DNA from: Eledone cirrhosa
Taxonomy: Eukaryota
Length of the DNA: 64,000 nt
NCBI GenBank assembly: GCA_964016885.1
Contig: OZ024743.1
Span: forward strand, 241,676,001-241,740,000
Reading direction: 5' to 3'
Positions 56,161 to 64,000 of this stretch are shown here, piece by piece. Position numbers and translations under genes: made by a program. The notes under the pieces were generated by a model that was not told the DNA's origin, made no database searches, and was given only the letters and a program-made list of their open reading frames with translations. Numbering within the stretch: position 1 is the first letter of the stretch; each line of letters begins with the position of its first letter.

Positions 56161-58028
56161 AGGCTTTACAGTTAGCTAAAGTCCCACAACCATTGGTAGC
56201 TGCTGTTGAACGCCTGACCAAGAACTGGTACACCAATTTGATCCTTAGAGGTGAGAAGGAGCAGGTTAAGACTGATAAGATACATTACCAGAAGGGCATC
56301 TTTCTGGGTGATAGCTTGTCAGTGCTACTCTTCGATCTCTCACTGAATCCACTATCTTACCTACTCAGGAAACAAGGTGGTCAAAGAAGTGGGCCCAGAA
56401 GTATCTCCCATCTTTTCTTTGTTGATGACCTGAAGTTGTATGGGCAAATATCAATGACATCAAGAAACAATTGGACCTCATTACACAATTTTCAACCGAC
56501 ATCAAAATGAAATTTGGTGAGTCCAAGTGTGCATATTTGGCAGTAAAACGTGGAAGAGCTGTGCCCTCCTCTAGAAATCTAGAGATGAACGGCCTGACAA
56601 TACAACCTCTGCAGTCAGGTGACAACTACAGATATCTTGGACAGGATGAGAATGTCAGATATGATGGACCCATAAATAAGGAGAGAACCAGAACTGAATA
56701 CCTGAGAAGAGTAAAGAAAATATGGTCATCAGAACTGTCAGCGTAAAACAAATACATTGCCCACAATACTTATGCTGTGCCAATTCTAACGCCAACATTT
56801 GGCCTGCTGAACTGGTCATTGCAAGAACTAAGTGAGATGGATGTTAGAACTCGAAAACTTCTCAGTGTTACTGGGAACTTTAACATCAATGGTGATGTGG
56901 ATAGGCTATACTTCTCACGCAAGGAAGGTGGCCGGGGTCTAAAATCAATATTAACAACATATGAGACCCGGATAGTAAAACTGAAGCAACACCTTCAACA
57001 GAGGGAAAAGTTTGGCAACTATCTTGTCCAGGTTTATGAGCATGAAAAAAAAAATCATTAGAATAGCGACTGATTTGGAGGAGAGATATGGAATAAAGCC
57101 TGATATAAATCTCTCACCCAGAGAAATCGGAAGATCCTATTCAATGTTCAAACAAGATAAAAAAATTGACCAATTTACAGAAAAAGATGTGCAGGGATAC
57201 TTGAGGCGTAAAACACAGACCATAGAGGAGATAAGACACTCAAAAAGCCTGGCATGGAGTTCAGACAAGTTTATGACATCACACCTTGAGGGATATCTCT
57301 ATGCAATACAGGAACAAGAACTCCCTACCAAATATCTGCTGCACAAAAGAGGAGGGCCAGCAGCTGACAATAAATGTAGGCTATGTAAAACAAAGATCGA
57401 GAATGTAAGCCACATTGTTGCCAGCTGCGAAAGAATGTCATCTCGCTACTACCTCCCCATGAGACACGATTGGATAGCTAGAACCATCTGGAACGCACTT
57501 CGGAAAACAAAATTAACAACAAACGAGGAAGAATATATTGAGATAGATGGCACTAAGGAATACTGGTAGAACCTGAAAATAAAAACTGCCACCAAATTAA
57601 AGCACAACCGGCCTGATATTGTTGTTTGGGACCACACATTGCAAACGTGTTCTGTTGTGGAGATCAGCTGCCCACTTGATGTAAACGTTGTCAGAAAAAT
57701 ACAGGAGAAGGAGGACATCTACGGACCATTGATGAGGAGTTTACAAATCCAGTATCCAAGATACACCTTTAGCTTCATACCCATCATTATTGGAGCTACG
57801 GGTTATATACCAACCCGCTTGGACCATAGTATGACTGAACTTAGATTTGCGGACAAAAAGTGCAGTTCCCTAATTCATAGTCTACAAATGGCTGCGATAG
57901 CTGGCACCTTCAAAATTTGCAAAACATTCTTGCGATTCAAGGCATGACAATTTCTTTTCTTTTACAACTTTGCCACCAGGAAGGTGGCCGGTCAAAAAAA
58001 TATACTCGAAATTAAGAGAAAGAGAAAA
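56161..58028 (+). mobile_element. 5'-truncated R4-like RLE retrotransposon, family 2 (RT, CCHC, RLE; disrupted)
   Basis: GIFLGDSLS, HLFFVDDLKLY, YRYLG, EGGRGLKS, CRLC..HIVASC, RHD, HNRPDIVVWD, VEISCP. (CATA)n lies on both sides. Confidence 0.92.
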
Positions 58029-58127
58029 CATACATACATACATACATACATACATGCATACATACATATACTCCCTCTCTCTCTACACACACACATATAT
58101 ATATATATATATATGAATGTAAGACGT

Positions 58128-58922
58128 GCCGAAGTGTATGATGGTGTTTTATCTGTATAAAATAAGAATGCGTAACCGAGTCTGAACCAACATGTATATA
58201 TATATATATATACACATATCTAATATGGAGGCATGTAAACATGCCAGAACATATGAACTACCCTGTCAAATTAAAATCTGAAAATACATTTAATCGATTT
58301 TCGGATCAAATTGAACCCTCGACAGAAAATGTGTATTTCCTCCAATCCACCACAAGGGATCATGTACTTGATGGTTATATATACCCATTCGTTCTTAGTA
58401 TTATTCTGAAATGGGTGTACCTATTTGTATATAATTAGGACCCACCGACAGTCGATCAACATTTGTCAAATTGGACCGAAGAAACAATGTTTCCGTTGGT
58501 TTTTCCAATTGTAAATACTCTCTATCGGTCGCAACTCCAGGTAGAAGGACCAACGTTAATAAAGTGTCTTCAGGAATCGAACTTACAACCTCACGATTGC
58601 GAATTCAATTATCTTACCACTCAGCTACGCGCCTTCACCCATGTTAGTAATTAATTAAGATATATAGTAAAAAGTGCACTAGCAGACGAAGTGTATGATA
58701 AAGTTATATCTGTATAAATACAGTGTGTGTTACCGAGACTGCACCAATGTGTATAAATATATACACATCGAATGTCTTTAATCGATTTTCGGATCTAATT
58801 AGACCCACATAAGTAGACGTGTATATCTGCCAATCAACCACATGGAGGCATTCATTTGATTGCTATATATACCCATTGCTCTTCGTATTACTCTGATATG
58901 GATGTACTAATTTGCACATAAA
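58128..58922. repeat. Two diverged direct copies of a ~250-300 bp repeat (58128-58435, 58687-58922) with a SINE B head between them
   Basis: Shared cgaagtgtatgat, tttaatcgattttcggatc, tatatatacccatt. Confidence 0.7.
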
Positions 58923-59027
58923 TAGTGCAAGTTTTCTATAAATATATGATATATATATATATTTATAAAACCATATTTATTCTATTATATATATTTCAAG
59001 GGTACCAAAATAATATATATATATACC

Positions 59028-59091
<64 letters not shown>

Positions 59092-59142
59092 TATATGATA
59101 CTATAAATATATTCTATATTGTACTATAAATATTTCCTACTA

Positions 59143-59944
59143 CTAGCAGTGGTACCCGACGTTGCACGGGATAAGGTATTTTAGAACGCGGGCCGCCAAC
59201 AGACCTAATCGTGGAAAAAGTGCATGCCTGGACAATATGTAAAGAAATTAAACCGAATACTCTGATGGCTGGATAATCTTTAAGATTTTCTTTGATGAAG
59301 CAGGAAAAATGCAGGTTTTCATCTAATGCAGGCCCTAGGGGATCAAGAAAATAAATGTTTTATGTGCTCACGGTGTGAAGAAGAGACTGATTAAAATATA
59401 GTTACAATTTCAAGGAAATTGGTCTGAAGTAATTCCTCAAAAAGACCCTAAAAAGCTTAAAAAACGCAGTTTTTCACCTAAGGAGATCAAAAAGTTGAAT
59501 TTTTTATGTGCATAACACTCCCTGAAACAAGTAATACACATGTAAATTTTGAAAAAAATCGGTTGGGTACTTCTCGAATTTTAGGCATTCAAACTCAGAC
59601 ACAGATACACACGATGACACACACACACACACAGACAGACATCCTCAGGGAAGTGACGTAATGCAGACAGTCAGACACATAGTCAGATATTATAAGGGCG
59701 CGACGTTATATGTATGTATCTATCTAAAAAGAGAAAGACTAAGAATTATAGAGAGAGATCGCTAAATCATCTAATGCGGTCCCTAGGGCATTGAACATTT
59801 GAAATTTCATTTGCTTAGAACACTCCTTGAAACATAAGTATTACATGTGTAAAGTTTGAAAACTGTCGGTTGGGTAGTTCTCGAGTTTTAGGGATTCAAA
59901 CTCACACACACACAGACAGACATCCTCAGTTTTATATATATAGA
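59143..59944 (-). mobile_element. Non-autonomous Helitron with an internal duplication
   Basis: Minus-strand 5' end tctatatatataaaactgaggatgt resembles 47927. Hairpin at 59155-59170, CTAG at 59143. Confidence 0.72.
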
Positions 59945-60169
59945 CTAGTTTTATATATATAGACTACCGCCTCGGGTGGTTTTCTGCTTGTATATATATA
60001 TATATATTACACACACAGAAATGTATATATATTTCTGTGTATGTATATATATACATATATATATTACACACACAAAAATGTATATATATTTCTGTGTGTC
60101 TATATATATATATATATTACACACACACAGAAATGTATATATGTTTCTGTAGCACTCCTCAATTCCCCC

Positions 60170-60456
60170 CTCTCTTCCTCCCGCTATCCCCCTCTTGTAG
60201 TCTGTCTCTTTCTTTCACTCTCACTTTCTCTCTACGCGTGCGCAAAAAACATTCGCACGCACGCACGTGTTTTAGCGTCTATTCACTCTCTCTCTCCCCC
60301 TCTCTGCCTCCCGCTATCCCCCTCTCGTAGTCTGTCTCTTTCTTTCACTCTCACTCTCTCTCTACGCGTGCGCATAAAACATTCGCACGCGCGCACGTGT
60401 TTCCACTGTCGGACAGACAGACAAACAGAGAAATTGCTGGTTATATATTATAAGGA
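60170..60456 (-). repeat. ~130 bp tandem duplication next to a Helitron-like 5' end
   Basis: cctcccgctatccccctct..acgtgttt occurs twice. The minus strand begins tccttataatatataa. Confidence 0.55.
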
Positions 60457-60547
60457 GATAAATATAGTCTATATTATACTACAAATATATTCTATATTGT
60501 ACTATAAAAGTATGCTATATTATACTATAAATATATGTTATGAATAG

Positions 60548-60855
60548 CTTTGTGGTTAGATCATTGTGCTTGCAATCATGAGGTTGTGAGTTCGATTCTC
60601 GAGGTGGTGCCTTTTGTCCTTGAATAAGACACTTTATTTCACGTTGTTCCAGTTTACCCAACTGTAGAAATGTGTTGCGAGGTCACTGGTGCTGAGTCGT
60701 ATCGGCAATTGCCTTTCCATTGCCTTTCCATTGGTGGCATGAAGAGAGGAGACTGATATGCATGGGTGATTGCTAATCTTCCATAAACAACCTTACCCGG
60801 ACTTTTACTTCGGAGGGGCAACTTTCTAGGGGCAAATCCTATGGATTTACTCTTT
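60548..60855 (+). mobile_element. SINE family B
   Basis: gtggttag, gagttcgattc, tgtccttgaataagacactttatttc. Confidence 0.8.
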
Positions 60856-61981
60856 ATCATACTATAGATATAGTCTACAGTATTCTATAAATATATTCTA
60901 TATTATATTAAAATATATACTATATTATTGTATAAATAAATAGTATGTTTTACTCTAAACATATATTATGTTATATATTATTATTACTGCTACGCTGTAT
61001 TATACTATAAATATTTTATGGTATTATTTTCTTGTAGCTTCCTTCCAATTTCAATCATCGTTTAAACTATCAGAATACTTGAGGTTCTGTTCCGCTATTT
61101 TGCCTTCAATGTTGTACATTTTCAGCTGACAAAATCTCTTTATTGACGTTAACCGTTCTACGAACGGGTATTTTGTTGTCCATTCATTGCATTACACTGT
61201 TTTCTTTTCTTGTCTAATTTATATTTATCTGTCTATCTCTGTTTCTCCTTTTTCCCTATTCTTCTATCATATTCTCTTTATTTGCTTTTCGTTCACTTCA
61301 TCCGCCCCACTTTCTACTCCTCTCTCACACCCTCCCTCTTTCTTTCTTTCCAATTCTTTGCTCTGAGTAACTTTCATTGGTTTTTGGGAAATGTCCAACG
61401 GAAAACAAGGTTGACGAGTATTGTTTCCTCTTTCATTCAATGCTCCTTTCTTTTTAACTTTATTTTATTTTATTTGTATATTTTATTTTTGTTTGCATCG
61501 TTCGCTTATTTTTCCTATATTTACTACAATTGCTATATATCTCAATGGCAGCCATAAGAAACCACATTTTAATCCTAACGTTGCTGAGATTTCAATCATC
61601 GCGGCCATCTGAGCGATTAGACATGCGCATTCGTGCCGATTAAGCTCTGAGGAATAAAAACAAGGCCAAGCCCACGGAAACGTATATATGTATATATATA
61701 TATAGACAGTTCAAGAGTAAACCAATCTTAAATAGAGAGATAGAGATAGGAGAGGAGAGATTGGTAGATTGGTGAAGGTATTAGAAGCCAAAGCCTAAAG
61801 GCATATGCTCAATGTGCAATATGCAGTGGGAAGCAGCTAGAGAACTGGGTTCATGCGGAGGTTAGGTGCACAGAGCTCTAAATATTCATTATTTAAGCAA
61901 ATCAAGACCACAAAACTCACATAGAAGACGTTAGTTAAAGAGTGTCAACATTAGTTGCAGTTTAATGTAAGGAATAATAAT

Positions 61982-62098
61982 TGTTTCTACTTTAGGCACA
62001 AGGCCAGCAATTACCCAATTCAGATCGTAAAGGGACGTAACTATGCTGGAAAGCATGGCGTCCGACCCTCTACCGATACTGCCAATCCACCGCCCCTC
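61982..62098 (-). mobile_element. Internally deleted SINE family A with a 19 bp TSD
   Basis: TSD taatgtaaggaataataat at 61963-61981 and 62099-62117. The core domain is absent. Confidence 0.85.
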
Positions 62099-62597
62099 TA
62101 ATGTAAGGAATAATAATGTCCGTTTACAATTGTTTCACTACTCCATATAATGTTTCTGGATCAATCGATTATGAGATTGTTATTGATCTGGTTCAGAGAA
62201 AGATAACTGACTTAAATTATATTATGGAGCAGATCTTCAGAACTTCAGATGAGATAATGAAAATATTAATATAGGTAAAATGGAAATGAAATAAAAAATA
62301 TAAAATGAAATAAGAGGGTTACGTGTCCGTAACGATTACGTAGTTCACGAAAAGGGTCCTGGAGAGCTTAACTGTATGCTATAAACAAGCATTACGCATC
62401 TATCGAGGCTATAGTAGACAAATCTGCCTATGCGTAACAAGATGGCTACTTTTAGGAAATGTATCTTATTAAGTAGAGACGGGTTTCAAGGGAAGTAACT
62501 CCTTGAAAAGTTAAATTCACAAAAATGTATAACTAAGATAATGCAAGGGAGCTTAAAAGGGAGCTTCTATGTGACTTTTGATTTGCTTAAATAATGA

Positions 62598-62629
<32 letters not shown>

Positions 62630-62664
62630 ATGTATATAAATATATATATATATATATATATTTA

Positions 62665-63648
62665 CTAGATCACCCGTGACCCGTTGTGTCATGTTTACTT
62701 AAAAATAATGTTCACCTCCCCGCTATCTCTCTCTCTCTCTCTCTCTCCCTCTCTATTTGTCCCTCTTTCAATCTACTCTCTCACAGCCAATCTCTCTTTC
62801 TCTCTATCTTTCTCTATATATATTTACGAAGGCACCCGGAAAACCCCCGTATCTCGGGAAGCCGTTCTCCGATTTACGCGAAATTTGTTTTATTACATTT
62901 GTATTCCCATTTCAGGGGCAACTTCCCATGACGCGCCGTTTTGGCTGTATTAAATTACAGACGAGACACAATCACAGAGTTTTAGTAGTATACTAGACCA
63001 CCCGTTTGATCACGTTCAATTAAAAATATTTTTTTAAAAATATTGTTTACTTTAAAATAATTTGTAAATAATTAAAATATACACAGAGATGTATATATAT
63101 TCGAAGGACAAGACTTGTCCTACACTGTTTCAAACTCAATCTTGCTGAGAACTACGTAAAAGGTACGTGTGTCTGTGTGTGCTTATATATATGTATGCCT
63201 GTGTTTGTTTATATATATATGTGTGTGTCTATGTATCTCTCTCTCTATATATATAGGGTGTCCCCAAAAAAATGTATACACACTGATTGAATGCTTTTGA
63301 AGTGTGCATATATTTTTTGGGACACTCTGTATATATATGTGAGTGTGTATGTATATATATGTGTGTGAGTATTTGGGTGTCTGTGACCTATATACTCTGG
63401 TCACAGACACACACATATATATATAGACACACACTTAGAAACCCCTCCTATTTAGCAGGAAATGTCGCTACACATATCCTGTCCTAACACAAGTTATACG
63501 ATACATATGGCTTAATATTCAGTCACCAAATTCGACCTAGATACAGTAATACCGTATTCGATTCTTCGAAGTCAACTGTTATAATGCCATTCAACAACAC
63601 CACCAGCTCTCTCTCTCTTTCTTTTTTTCTTCCATTTTCCCCCTCTGT

Positions 63649-63745
<97 letters not shown>

Positions 63746-63990
63746 CCTTTCAATCTACTCTCTCACAACCACCATCTCCTTACCTCTGTCTTTCTCTCTC
63801 TCTCTCCATTTAGGAAGGTACCCCGGAATACCCCGTATATCGGGAACCCGTTCTCCGATTTACGTGAAAGTTGTTTTATTCTATTTCAGGGGCGACTTCC
63901 TTTCAAAGTATTTTTCCAATTATGCACCGTTTTGGGTGTATTAAATTACAGACAATCACACAATCACACCATTTTAGTAGTATATATAGA
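62665..63990 (-). repeat. Two related Helitron-like repeats (62665-62998, 63750-63990)
   Basis: Shared cccggaa.accccgtat.tcgggaa.ccgttctccgatttacg and ttttagtagtata. CTAG at 62665. Confidence 0.55.
63254..63329. mobile_element. Tiny Tc1/mariner-type MITE
   Basis: TIRs tagggtgtccccaaaaaa and ttttttgggacactctg within TA. Confidence 0.7.
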
Positions 63991-64000
63991 GATGTATTTT

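Overview
Repeat-dominated, AT-rich animal genomic DNA. The SINE types and dense (TA)n/(CA)n/(ATT)n tracts suggest a cephalopod such as octopus, but this is inference. No intact host gene is visible; one short candidate coding exon lies at 53451-53523. Contents: (1) at 0.3-12.2 kb, a nest of Tx1/L1-clade LINEs and R4/Dong-like restriction-endonuclease LINE ends in (ATT)n; (2) a second R4-like family and an internally deleted RTE-like element, both in (CATA)n; (3) two abundant SINE families, non-autonomous Helitrons, Tc1/mariner relics and a 2 kb pentamer satellite; (4) the most striking feature, more than a dozen short, mostly unrelated fold-back elements in (TA)n between 18 and 62 kb. Most carry a type I hammerhead ribozyme motif with a palindromic stem III, and many share a TYGAGYRC motif near the 3' end. 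They are best read as Penelope-like element pLTR remnants. All calls are by-eye reading; coordinates are approximate to a few bases.
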